From Planctomycetota bacterium (GTDB lineage Bacteria; Planctomycetota; GCA-002687715; DRQF01), in NCBI GenBank assembly GCA_036479435.1, contig JAZGFI010000252.1, forward strand, positions 1 to 64,000: DNA of 64,000 nucleotides, read 5' to 3'. Below, piece by piece: positions 19,117 to 28,518 of the stretch. A program made the translations under genes and the position numbers. The notes beneath the pieces are model-generated. The model was not told where the DNA came from. It ran no database searches and saw nothing but the letters and a program-made list of their open reading frames with translations. Within the stretch, counting starts at the first letter, position 1. The number at the start of each line of letters is the position of its first letter.

Positions 19117-19884
19117 CTATTCCATGCGGACGGCGATAGGGGCGGACTGGTTTCCGTTGGGAAGCCGAACCAGCCAGAAATACTCAGCTCCGGGCTCTAA
19201 GGGGAGTTCTGTTGCCGAAGGGAAGGGGAACAGCACTTCGAGGGCGGGCAGCGTGCCTTCGGGGCGCCGAACGGAGATCTCTTCGAAGTAGACCTCTTTG
19301 TCTTTGCGATCAAGCTGGGAGTCGTAGACCACGGTGCCGTCTCTTAGAATCTGGACGCGGAATTTCCGTTCGCCGGGCGGTAAGGTCAGCGACATCACCT
19401 TGGGTCGCGAGCTGATGGCGCCCTTGGGTGCATCGCAAAAAGGACGACCTTCGCTTATCGCCGCCGCGACCAGAATCTCGAGAGCCGTTGGGGCCTTGGC
19501 CTCTTTGTCTCCAAAGAGGCTCTTGCCGTTCATCAGCAGGGCAATGCACAGGCCCAAGGCCGCCAATCGAACCAAGGGCGCGCGGCGGAGCAAAGATTTG
19601 CGTTGGCTGCCGCCAAAGGCATGAAAACCCTCACTCGCTGGAGTCCAGGGATTGATCGCGGGCGCTTCTTCCTCATCTTCGTAGCTGCAATCGTTGGTCG
19701 ACGGCAGAAAAAGCCGTGGCGAGGCCTCGGGCTGAGCCTGTCTTGCCCCAAGCCGTGACTCTGCGGTCATGACGGCGCGGCAATCCTCACACTCGCGGAC
19801 GTGGTCTAGCGTCCAGAGCGTGGCTTTGCGACTCAAACTGCCGGCCAGGAACTGGCGGACTTGAGCTGTTTCAGTGCAACTCAT
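19117..19884 (-). CDS. Putative zinc-finger (HxxxCxxC) anti-sigma-like membrane protein
   Basis: MSC...LAGSLS...DHVRECEDCR followed by one TM helix and a soluble C-terminal domain. Confidence 0.65.
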   Translation of the reverse strand: MSCTETAQVRQFLAGSLSRKATLWTLDHVRECEDCRAVMTAESRLGARQAQPEASPRLFLPSTNDCSYEDEEEAPAINPWTPASEGFHAFGGSQRKSLLRRAPLVRLAALGLCIALLMNGKSLFGDKEAKAPTALEILVAAAISEGRPFCDAPKGAISSRPKVMSLTLPPGERKFRVQILRDGTVVYDSQLDRKDKEVYFEEISVRRPEGTLPALEVLFPFPSATELPLEPGAEYFWLVRLPNGNQSAPIAVRME

Positions 19885-19930
19885 GCGGAATTTATCGGCT
19901 TTGCGCCGCAAGAAACTTCAGCGACGCGGG

Positions 19931-20695
19931 TTAAGGGCGCGGATGCTCGGCTGAATTCCCGTTCTCAAAGCGAGGCACGCGATTCAGTTTGGCGCCGATT
20001 GTGGTCGCGAGGCGACGGCCCAAGTCTTGAGCTGAGGGAGCTTTGGGCCATAGCTCGGCCAAGGTGATGGCTTCTGGCTGGCGCGGATGGGGCGAAAGTA
20101 GGATGGAGCCGTGCTGGAGGGCGCGGCCCCGGCGGCGGCGCTTGGCGGAGCCCACGAGTTTTCGGCCCTTCGCGACGAGATCGAGGGCGGTAGAGCGCGC
20201 GAAGCACAAAAAGGGCTGTTCGGAATGACGGAGCGCGCGCGGAGCGGCCCGGGCGTAGCCGACTGGGAAGTCGGCGTTCATGTCGACTGGGAAGTCGGCG
20301 TTCATGTCGACTGGGAAGTCGGCGTTGGTGTCGAAGCTGTCGGCGTAGTCTCGGAGCGCTTCCAAGATCGCATCGTGGACGAAGCGATACGAGTTCTCGA
20401 CGTCGCCATCGAAGGGCGCATGGGTCTCGGGGCCGGCGAGGGAATAGGTCAACTCATCGGCGTGGAGAATCGCGCCGCCCCCCGTCATGCGACGCACGCA
20501 GGGAAGGCCGGCCTGTTTGAGTTCCGCCAAGAGCGAGGCATCGGGCCGCTGGAAGTAACCCAAAGAAACCGCGTATGGCTGCCATTGGTAAAGGCGGAGA
20601 ACCAAGTCCTCCGCCTCATCCAGTAGTTTCTCGTCGAAGGCCATGTTGTCGGCCGGCGCACCCGGACCCGATTCGATGACCCTCAGCGTCTTCAA
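19931..20695 (-). CDS. Lipoate-protein ligase A / octanoyltransferase family
   Basis: NMAFDE, LRLYQW..YAVSLGYFQ, VRRMTGGGAILH, KLVGSA, QHGSI; TTG start overlaps the gcvPB stop. Confidence 0.88.
   Translation of the reverse strand: MKTLRVIESGPGAPADNMAFDEKLLDEAEDLVLRLYQWQPYAVSLGYFQRPDASLLAELKQAGLPCVRRMTGGGAILHADELTYSLAGPETHAPFDGDVENSYRFVHDAILEALRDYADSFDTNADFPVDMNADFPVDMNADFPVGYARAAPRALRHSEQPFLCFARSTALDLVAKGRKLVGSAKRRRRGRALQHGSILLSPHPRQPEAITLAELWPKAPSAQDLGRRLATTIGAKLNRVPRFENGNSAEHPRP
20260..20334 (-). repeat. In-frame 24-bp tandem repeat (NADFPVDM, about 3 copies)
   Basis: GACTGGGAAGTCGGCGTTCATGTC repeated on the + strand. Confidence 0.93.
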
Positions 20696-22122
20696 GTGGT
20701 CTCGGGCGCTTGCCAACGCAGATCGAGATTTCGCGCGGCCAAAGTCTCGTCGACGCGGCTCACGGATGCGGTGTGCGGCGCGGTCTTGACGATTTCCGGG
20801 TTTTCCTCGGCTTCCTTCAAGATGGAATCCATAGCGGCAATGAAGCGGTCGATCTCGTGTTTCGGTTCGGTCTCGGTGGGCTCGATCATCAAGGCCCCTT
20901 GCACCAAGATCGGGAAGTAAGTCGTCGGCGGATGGAATCCGTAATCGATGAGTCGCTTCGCGATGTCTTTGGTGCTGATGTGGTTGGGGAGATCTTTGTC
21001 GGTGAACACCGTCTCGTGCAAAGTCGCGGTCGGAAAGGGCAGGTGGAGCTTGCCTTCCAGGCCTTTGCGCAAGTAGTTGCCGTTCAAGATGGCTTCTTCG
21101 GTGACTTCTTTGAGGCCCTGGCCGCCGAGGCTGCGGATGTAGCACCAGGCGCGGATGAACATGCCCCATTGTCCGAGGTAGGCTTTGATCGGGCCGATGC
21201 TGCGATCGTCGCCACTGTCGGGAGCGAAGGGGGCGAGATTATTGTTGTAACCAATGGGACCTGAACCGGGACCGCCGCCGCCGTGTGGCGTGGTGAAAGT
21301 CTTGTGGAGGTTCCAGTGCATGACATCGGCACCGATATCGCCGGGCTTAAAGATCCCCATGACGGCGTTGAAGTTGGCGCCGTCCATATAGACCAAGCCA
21401 TCGAGCGCATGGATCGCATCGGCGATGCGCTTAAAGTCGGTTTCGTAGATGCCTAGAGTGTTGGGGTTCGTCACCATGATGCCGGCGACCTTGTCGTCGA
21501 GGAAGGGCTCCAAGTCTTCGAAGCGCAAGGTGCCGCCGGGGCCACTGGGGATTTGCTTCGCTTTGAAACCAGCCATCGCCGCCGACGCGGGGTTTGTTCC
21601 GTGCGCCGTGTCGGGCGTCAGGATGATCTTTTTGTGATCGTTGCCCTTAGCGTGGTGGTAGGCCCGGATCATGAAGGTCGCGGTCAACTCGCCGTGGGCA
21701 CCGGCCGCAGGCGTCATGCAAACCTGATCAAAGCCGCTGGCCTCGATGAGGTCTTGCCGTAGTTCGTCGATAATGTGGTGGTGGCCGTCGAGATAGGGCT
21801 CGGGCCAATAGGGATGGGCGTTGGCCCAATAAGATTCCGCCGCGACGGCTTCGTTGAGCTTTGGGTTGTGCTTCATCGTGCAGCTACCCAAAGGGTACAT
21901 GCCGCGATCGATGTCGAAGTTGAAGGTCGAAAGGCGCGTGTAGTGTCGGACGACGTCGACTTCGGTCACCTGCCCCATACCCTGACAGTTGTCTTGGCGG
22001 CGGGGCAAGTCTTCGGCGCGGCAGGCATCGACGGCGGCGTTGTCGCCGACGACGGCGAAGCCCGGATGTTCCTGTCCGACCAGATCGAAGACGGTCTTCT
22101 CTTTAATCGTGGGCTTAGACAA
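20692..22122 (-). CDS. gcvPB: Glycine dehydrogenase subunit 2
   Basis: YPLGSCTMKHNP, AHGTNPASA, NLHKTFTTPHGGGGPG, MIEPTETE. Confidence 0.96.
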   Translation of the reverse strand: MSKPTIKEKTVFDLVGQEHPGFAVVGDNAAVDACRAEDLPRRQDNCQGMGQVTEVDVVRHYTRLSTFNFDIDRGMYPLGSCTMKHNPKLNEAVAAESYWANAHPYWPEPYLDGHHHIIDELRQDLIEASGFDQVCMTPAAGAHGELTATFMIRAYHHAKGNDHKKIILTPDTAHGTNPASAAMAGFKAKQIPSGPGGTLRFEDLEPFLDDKVAGIMVTNPNTLGIYETDFKRIADAIHALDGLVYMDGANFNAVMGIFKPGDIGADVMHWNLHKTFTTPHGGGGPGSGPIGYNNNLAPFAPDSGDDRSIGPIKAYLGQWGMFIRAWCYIRSLGGQGLKEVTEEAILNGNYLRKGLEGKLHLPFPTATLHETVFTDKDLPNHISTKDIAKRLIDYGFHPPTTYFPILVQGALMIEPTETEPKHEIDRFIAAMDSILKEAEENPEIVKTAPHTASVSRVDETLAARNLDLRWQAPETT

Positions 22123-23422
22123 GGCTCTCGATCTCCTGAAGGATGGTCTCCGCGTCGGAGTAGTGAAGTTCGGTGCAGGCGATGAGGTACTGGTGGTCGC
22201 GACCTGCGAATCGGTCTTTGAGTGGAAGGCCTAAGACGATGTCGCGCTTAAGCAACTTGTCGTAAAGACCGGGGTGGGCGGAGGCATCGAGCGTGAACTC
22301 GTTGAAGAAGGGACCGCTGTGGACCACCTTTAGCCCGAGTTTTTCAAAACCCTTGGCGAAGAACCGCGCACAGGATGCGTTTTTCTCGGCGATTTCCTGA
22401 ATGCCCTTGCGGCCCATCAACGACAGATAAATTGTCGCCCTGAGGCACATCAGTCCGGATGAAGTGCAGATGTTGCTCGTCGCTTTTTCGCGGCGAATAA
22501 ACTGCTCTCGGGTCGCGAGCGTGATGCAGTAAGCCTCTTCACCATCGGCATCGAGTGTTTTGCCCACCAAACGGCCGGGGAGCTTGCGCACCCAGGATTT
22601 TTTCGTGGCCATAAAGCCCGCGGTTGGCCCGCCGAGTTGAATCGGAATGCCGAAGCTTTGGAACTCGCCGACGGCAATCTTGACCGGCAGTGGCTCGAGC
22701 ATGGCGAGGGCAAAAGCCTCTGTCGTCACGCCGATGCTGAGTGCATCTTCACTGACATCCGCCATATCCTCGACGACGCCAAAGAAGTTGGGCGACTGGT
22801 AGACGATGGCGGTGGCCGCATCCTGCGTCGCTTTGTCGAGGCCCATCTTGGTGCGGCCGGTGGCTGCGTCGAGTTCGAGAGTGACGACTTCGATGCCGAC
22901 AAAACTCATGTAGGTTTCAAGGGTTGCCAAGTACTCAGGGTGCAATCCGGACGAGACGTAGACCACGGGGTCGGATTTTGCCTTTACGCGCATGGCCATC
23001 AGCACGGCTTCAGCCAGGGCCGTACTGCCGTCGTACATCCCGCCATTGGCGATCTCTTGGCCCGTCAACATCGCGACGTAGCTTTGGAACTCGTAGTACA
23101 TCACGAGCGTGCCTTGCGCGAGCTCGGGCTGATAGGGCGTGTAACTTGTCACCCATTCGCTGCGCCCGGCGAGGGCGTCAACGGGGCTTGGCGTGTAGTG
23201 CGAATACAACCCGGCGCCGACGAAAGAGTGGCGCGGGGCCTTCGACTGCATGCGGCTCAGACGCGCGCGAAGGTCCGCCTCCGGGAGCGGGCCCGCGATG
23301 TCGAGTTCGCCGCGCATGCGCACCTCGGCCGGAATGGTCGCGAGCAGCGCTTCGATGTCTTTCACGCCAAGCGCGGCGAGCATTTCCTGCCGCGCTTCAG
23401 GGGTAATCGCGGTGTATCGCAT
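22115..23422 (-). CDS. gcvPA: Glycine dehydrogenase subunit 1
   Basis: TSYTPYQPELAQG, MYDGSTALAEA, TREQFIRREKATSNICT. Confidence 0.96.
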   Translation of the reverse strand: MRYTAITPEARQEMLAALGVKDIEALLATIPAEVRMRGELDIAGPLPEADLRARLSRMQSKAPRHSFVGAGLYSHYTPSPVDALAGRSEWVTSYTPYQPELAQGTLVMYYEFQSYVAMLTGQEIANGGMYDGSTALAEAVLMAMRVKAKSDPVVYVSSGLHPEYLATLETYMSFVGIEVVTLELDAATGRTKMGLDKATQDAATAIVYQSPNFFGVVEDMADVSEDALSIGVTTEAFALAMLEPLPVKIAVGEFQSFGIPIQLGGPTAGFMATKKSWVRKLPGRLVGKTLDADGEEAYCITLATREQFIRREKATSNICTSSGLMCLRATIYLSLMGRKGIQEIAEKNASCARFFAKGFEKLGLKVVHSGPFFNEFTLDASAHPGLYDKLLKRDIVLGLPLKDRFAGRDHQYLIACTELHYSDAETILQEIESLV

Positions 23423-23805
23423 TAACCTTCCGCCTCGACCACCTTTTCGTAGGCCGCGGCGTCCATGAGACCGTCGACTTCGGAGGGGGTCATCATCTTG
23501 ATCTTGACCATCCAGCCCTTGTTCCAGGGATCTTTGCCAAGGATGCCGAGGTCGGCTTGGAGATCATCGTTTTGTTCGACGATCTCGCCGGTGACCGGGC
23601 AGTAGAGATCCGAAACCGCCTTCACCGATTCGATTTCACCGAAGGGTTCGTTCGCCATGACGTCGGTGCCGATGTCGGGCAGGTCTAAAAAGACAAGGTC
23701 CGAAAGGTGGCTTACCGCGTAGTCGGTGATGCCCACGTAGGCGATGTCGCCGTCCACTTTGACCCATTCGTGTGAAGGGCGGTATTTCCTGTCGTCCGGT
23801 CGCAT
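23422..23805 (-). CDS. gcvH: Glycine cleavage system H protein
   Basis: HEWV, VGITDYA, IESVKAVSD lipoyl-Lys motif. Confidence 0.97.
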   Translation of the reverse strand: MRPDDRKYRPSHEWVKVDGDIAYVGITDYAVSHLSDLVFLDLPDIGTDVMANEPFGEIESVKAVSDLYCPVTGEIVEQNDDLQADLGILGKDPWNKGWMVKIKMMTPSEVDGLMDAAAYEKVVEAEG

Positions 23806-23853
23806 CCTGTTCTCCTTTATTCGATTCTTGCCTGAGGTGAAGGTGAGTTTGTC

Positions 23854-24969
23854 TTAGCTATTAAGTGAGCCGCTGCCGTCGCGTTTGTAGAACGGCAGTT
23901 CGACCCTGCGAGCGGCAGCGCGGCGGCCTCGAATGTCGACCGAAAGCTCACTGTCAACTGCCGAAGAGTTGACCAGTGCCGTAGCGATGGCGCGTTCGAA
24001 AGATGGCGACCAGGTGCCGCTGGTGACGAATCCCACTTCGGTTTCGCCGGAGAAAACGGTGTAGCCCTGGCGAGGGATGCGGCGACCTTCGACCGTGAGT
24101 CCCAAAAGTTGCCGATTTGGCCCCTCTTTTTTAACTTGAGCCAAGACGTCACGGCCGGGGTAGTTGTCTTTTTTCAAACGCACCCCAAACATCAGCCCGG
24201 CTTCGACGGGGTTGATGGTTTCGGTGATTTCGTGGCCGTAGAGCGGCATCCCTGCTTCGAGGCGCAGAGTGTCGCGCGCGCCGAGGCCGACCGGTTGGAG
24301 GCCAAAGGGTTCGCCCGCCTTCATCAACTCATCCCACAGGGTCGTGAGGTAGTCGTTGCCGAGGTAAATCTCGAATCCATCTTCGCCGGTGTAGCCCGTT
24401 CGGGTCACCGTGGCCGCTTGGCCCAACACCTTGCCTTCGGCGAGGCGGTAGTAGCCGATGCCGTCGAAGTCGATGTCGCTGAGTCCCGAGGCTTGCAGTG
24501 TTTTCAGGACGTCCACGGATTTCGGGCCCTGCAGCGCGAGCATACCGAGTTCGTCGAGGCGTTCGATTTTCGCATCCCTGCCCATCGCGGCGCTCAGCTC
24601 GACGAGGCGGTCGTAGTCGCGGTCGTAGTTGGAGGCGTTGACGACGAGAAAAATGTCATGGGGCCGACGGTGAACGAGAATGTCGTCCAAGACGCCGCCG
24701 GCGTCGTTTAGGAGCATGGCGTAGCGAATCTGATTCTCTTTGATGCGGCCCAGGTCGTTTGTTTGTGCCCCTTGGACCAACTTTTCGGCGTCGGGGCCGC
24801 TGATCGCGATACGCCCCATGTGGCACAAATCAAACAGGCCGACCTTTTCGCGGACCACCGCGTGTTCCTCGGAGATGTCGCTGTAGCTGACGGGCATTTC
24901 CCAGCCGCCAAAGTCGATCATGCGGGCCTCAAGGGCGCGATGGCGGTCGTAAAGCGGAGTTTTCTTCAA
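23854..24969 (-). CDS. gcvT: Glycine cleavage aminomethyltransferase
   Basis: KTPLYDRH, FGGWEMPV, GLFDLCHMG, RTGYTGEDGFE, GLGARDTLRLEAG. Confidence 0.97.
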   Translation of the reverse strand: MKKTPLYDRHRALEARMIDFGGWEMPVSYSDISEEHAVVREKVGLFDLCHMGRIAISGPDAEKLVQGAQTNDLGRIKENQIRYAMLLNDAGGVLDDILVHRRPHDIFLVVNASNYDRDYDRLVELSAAMGRDAKIERLDELGMLALQGPKSVDVLKTLQASGLSDIDFDGIGYYRLAEGKVLGQAATVTRTGYTGEDGFEIYLGNDYLTTLWDELMKAGEPFGLQPVGLGARDTLRLEAGMPLYGHEITETINPVEAGLMFGVRLKKDNYPGRDVLAQVKKEGPNRQLLGLTVEGRRIPRQGYTVFSGETEVGFVTSGTWSPSFERAIATALVNSSAVDSELSVDIRGRRAAARRVELPFYKRDGSGSLNS

Positions 24970-25284
24970 GGAACGATTCCCAGGCAGGCGGACGCAAAAA
25001 AGGCACGAGACGACCTCGCGAAGGGCATGTTATCCGCCAAAACGGGTTCGGAACAGATGCCGGCGGAAAGCGTGCTCGACGAGTTGCTGGTCATCGGCTC
25101 AGTTCGCGGCGATAAATCGTAAGCATATGTGGAAAAATGACTTAATAGAAATAATGGGTGGATAGCGGGGCGGTGGGATAGGGCCTTTTGAAACCAGGCG
25201 TCGCCGCGACTCCATTTTCGGACCTTCCTTGGTCGATACCGGAAGAGCAACTAGTCCGAGTCTAATGCAAGAAGGCCAAGCCCT

Positions 25285-28200
25285 ATGGCGATCCGTGGTG
25301 ATCTGCTGAGCGTCGATCTCTCCAACGTCTTCCAGATGTTGTCCATGAACCGGAAGCGGGGGATCCTCCATATTCAAGACCAGGTCAACCTGCTGAAGCA
25401 GCGAGCTTTGGTCGTGGACGAGGACCGTATTGGTCTCCTCGATCTGCCGCCGCAGCAAGACGTCTGGGCGCTTCTCGTCGATTCGGGCGCTTTGGACTAC
25501 GAAAGCTATCGCCAAGCTCAGATCCATGCGGGCGAGTACAACGTCTCCCGCACCCAACTGCTGAGTCAAAAGGGACTCGTTAATCAAGTGCAGATCGCTG
25601 AGGGCGCCAAGCGCTACCAGGAAGAGCAACTGCTCGAGATCTTTTTGTGGCGCGAGATCAGCTTCACTCTAGAAGAAGATGAAGCGCCGGCCCCGGACGA
25701 CGCGCGCGTCATGTTCAGCGTCGACCTCATCGTGATGGAGGCCGCGCGTCGCCAAGACGAGTGGTTGCGCGCCGCGGACTTGCTCGGGGGAGCTGAGGAT
25801 ATTTGGGCGCGTCCGCCCATGCCGAGCTTCGCGACTCAGCCCGCTACCGATGCTCTGACCGACACCGAAAAAATCGTCCTTGATCATGTCGATGGCATTC
25901 GCGGCACCGACGAGATCATGAAGGCCACGGCCCTGCCGCGCTACCACATCGATCTTGCCCTTTGCCGATTGATGACCGACCGGCTCATCCGCCGACTCGA
26001 TCCCGGTGAACTTGTGGTTGTCGCCACAAACTTACTGGCAGACGGGCGCTGCGCGGACTCGATTCGACTTCTAAACCGCGCCTTGGAACACGACGCCGAA
26101 GGGATGGAAATCCACTTGCGTTTGGCCGAGGCCTACCTCAAAGACGAGAGCATCTCGAAGGCCGCCGACCATTACAAATCCTGCGCCCAGGCCCTCATCC
26201 TCCACGAGCAAAGCCGGGAGGCCGTCGACGTCCTCGGTGATGTCATCCGGCTGGTGCCGACCGACTTTGAATCACTGCGCCATGTCATCGATCTACTCGC
26301 TAGCGAAATCGAACACTACACCGAATCGGACCAAGAGCTTTTCCAGCAGGGGGTGAAGCTTTTTTACTTCCACCTCGAAGCGTCACAGTACGACGAAGCG
26401 AGTGATCTACTCGAATCACTCATTGAGATCGCGCCGAACGACCTCGGATTGAACATGCAGCGCGCACGCCTCCTCACGAAGCAGGGCTTCATGGAGGAGG
26501 GCGTGCAAGTCTACGTCAAAGTCGCGGGCCGACTTCACGTCGCGCAAGACTATGAAGGGGCTTCGAACATCTACAAGACAGTGCTCGGATTCGAACTACA
26601 GAATCCGAAGATCACTGCGCACTGCAAACAGCGGCTTGAGGACATCGAGAATGTCCAGCGCCAAAAGAACCGCCGGCGCGCTTTCGGTTTTGGGCTCGCC
26701 TCGATGATGGTCGTGGTCTTCTTGTTGGGGTCGGGCTATTTCGTCTATCACGAAAAAGCATCCGCCGACCTTGTCGCGATTCAGGAAAAGGAATCCAAGG
26801 CCCAGACCGAAGACGACTGGGTGGCGCTCGAAGAAGAGTACGAGGCCCTCGCCAGTCGCTACCCTTTCACTTTTGTCGCTAGCCGCGCCGGAACATTCGC
26901 CGAGGACGCACGCCATACAATGGCGGTCTTCACTGAGAATCGGCGCAACGAACACGCCAAAGAAGAGCAGCGGCGGGACAAAGAACTGCTTCGAGCCGAG
27001 AACTTCTTCCGTAAGGCCTTGGTCGACCAGCGTAATCGGGCCTACGGCGAAGCGCTTGCAAAGCTGCGCCAGGCGCTTCAGCTCGCCGTGTCGCTAGATC
27101 GACGGGGCTGGGCGGTTGCGGCGAAACGCCGGATTCCCAAACGGATATCCGATTTGGAATTGCACGTGGCGCGCAATGAAGAAATGCTCAGAACTTGGCG
27201 TGAGCCCTTCGACGAAAAGCGTTGGAGTGAGGCCTACGCCGCCGCGCGAGTCATCCTGCTCGACGCCTACGATGACGACCCGCAGGCCACGATTGTGCGC
27301 CTCATCGACCACAATCTCCTTGAGACGATCCAAGTGCCCCTGCGCCTACAGCGCGTGCCATCGACGGCGACGCTGTCGATCGATGGTCGGCCGCTGCCTA
27401 GCGGTGCGGTCTTTGTGAACTTGAGCCTCAAAAGGCCAACTGTCGACATCACGATCTCTGCGCCCGGATCCCGCGAGAGCGTGATCACTTTGGATTGGCT
27501 GACAAGCCCCTTTGACAGCGTCGTGTCGATTCCTCGCTCCCCAAGCTCTCAATTGAGTACTGACTTTCCTCCCGTCTTTTTGGTCGGCACCGACGGGAAG
27601 CTCGCCGCTTTCGCAAAGGACGGGCGTTTCGCCCTTTTTGGGCCGCGCTCCACCCAGCCCTTGTGGACCTTGGCGGAGGACACGCTGGTGTCGATAACGG
27701 CACAGCCCTTGTCTCGAAACGGCATGATCTATGTGCCGACATCGGATGGCCGACTGACCGCTCTTGACGTGCGTACGCGCAGCAAGCGCTTCACTTGGAC
27801 CTCGAAAGGCGGTGCCATCACCGCTCTTAGCACTCGCGGCGGCCAGATCATTGCGGCGGTGGATGCCGATGAACCGCAGTTGGTCGTCATCGACGCCCAA
27901 AACGGGCGAGAAATCAAACGCAGGCCCTTTGGCGGGGTCGTGAAAGATCTTGCGGCGACCCCGTCCGGCTGGGTGGTGATGACCGAAGAAGGACTTGTCT
28001 TCGCCGGAACGACGCTCGAGACTCTGGTCGCCTTGCCAGGTGCACCCTTCGGTTCATCCATGGGAGGCGATGGCCGTCAGGTCTTGTTGACCAACAAAAA
28101 GGGTGCGCTCTTGATGTGGCGGAACGCAAGGCCGGGGCTGGAGACGCGCTACCAGCTGGCCGGTGATGACCGATTCTCAGCCGGTCCCTTCGCTACGGCG

Positions 28201-28515
28201 CGTGGTTTTGTGGCCAACACCAAAGACGGGCACCTTGTTCTCGTCGAAGGCTCGAATGCGGCACGGATCTTGAGCGAGATGGGCCCCGCGCGGAGCGCCG
28301 ACTGGGACATACCGCCCCTGCAATCGCCGTCCGGCCACTGGCTCATCGCCGGTGACTTCGGCGCGATTTGGCAAGTTGATCCGCAGCGAGGTCAGGTCGT
28401 GGGCCTTTATCGCCGTAGCAACCATCGGGTCGTCGCGGCGACGGCTATTGGCTCGACTCTTTACTTGGCCTACGACGACCCCTTGGGTGGCGTCGAAGTT
28501 TACAAGCTTCGCTGA
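25285..28515 (+). CDS. DUF4388-like N-terminal domain, TPR-like helices, TM helix and C-terminal PQQ-type beta-propeller
   Basis: MAIRGDLLSVDLSNVFQMLSMNRKRGIL, IFLWREISF, MEAARRQDEW; TM FGFGLASMMVVVFLLGSGYFVY; propeller-like repeats such as IYVPTSDGRLTALD. Confidence 0.8.
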   Translation: MAIRGDLLSVDLSNVFQMLSMNRKRGILHIQDQVNLLKQRALVVDEDRIGLLDLPPQQDVWALLVDSGALDYESYRQAQIHAGEYNVSRTQLLSQKGLVNQVQIAEGAKRYQEEQLLEIFLWREISFTLEEDEAPAPDDARVMFSVDLIVMEAARRQDEWLRAADLLGGAEDIWARPPMPSFATQPATDALTDTEKIVLDHVDGIRGTDEIMKATALPRYHIDLALCRLMTDRLIRRLDPGELVVVATNLLADGRCADSIRLLNRALEHDAEGMEIHLRLAEAYLKDESISKAADHYKSCAQALILHEQSREAVDVLGDVIRLVPTDFESLRHVIDLLASEIEHYTESDQELFQQGVKLFYFHLEASQYDEASDLLESLIEIAPNDLGLNMQRARLLTKQGFMEEGVQVYVKVAGRLHVAQDYEGASNIYKTVLGFELQNPKITAHCKQRLEDIENVQRQKNRRRAFGFGLASMMVVVFLLGSGYFVYHEKASADLVAIQEKESKAQTEDDWVALEEEYEALASRYPFTFVASRAGTFAEDARHTMAVFTENRRNEHAKEEQRRDKELLRAENFFRKALVDQRNRAYGEALAKLRQALQLAVSLDRRGWAVAAKRRIPKRISDLELHVARNEEMLRTWREPFDEKRWSEAYAAARVILLDAYDDDPQATIVRLIDHNLLETIQVPLRLQRVPSTATLSIDGRPLPSGAVFVNLSLKRPTVDITISAPGSRESVITLDWLTSPFDSVVSIPRSPSSQLSTDFPPVFLVGTDGKLAAFAKDGRFALFGPRSTQPLWTLAEDTLVSITAQPLSRNGMIYVPTSDGRLTALDVRTRSKRFTWTSKGGAITALSTRGGQIIAAVDADEPQLVVIDAQNGREIKRRPFGGVVKDLAATPSGWVVMTEEGLVFAGTTLETLVALPGAPFGSSMGGDGRQVLLTNKKGALLMWRNARPGLETRYQLAGDDRFSAGPFATARGFVANTKDGHLVLVEGSNAARILSEMGPARSADWDIPPLQSPSGHWLIAGDFGAIWQVDPQRGQVVGLYRRSNHRVVAATAIGSTLYLAYDDPLGGVEVYKLR

Positions 28516-28518
28516 TCG

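Noticed and set aside
24970..25284. Glycine riboswitch upstream of gcvT
   Set aside because: No GGAGA...CCGAAG...CTCTCAGG aptamer motifs on the minus strand.
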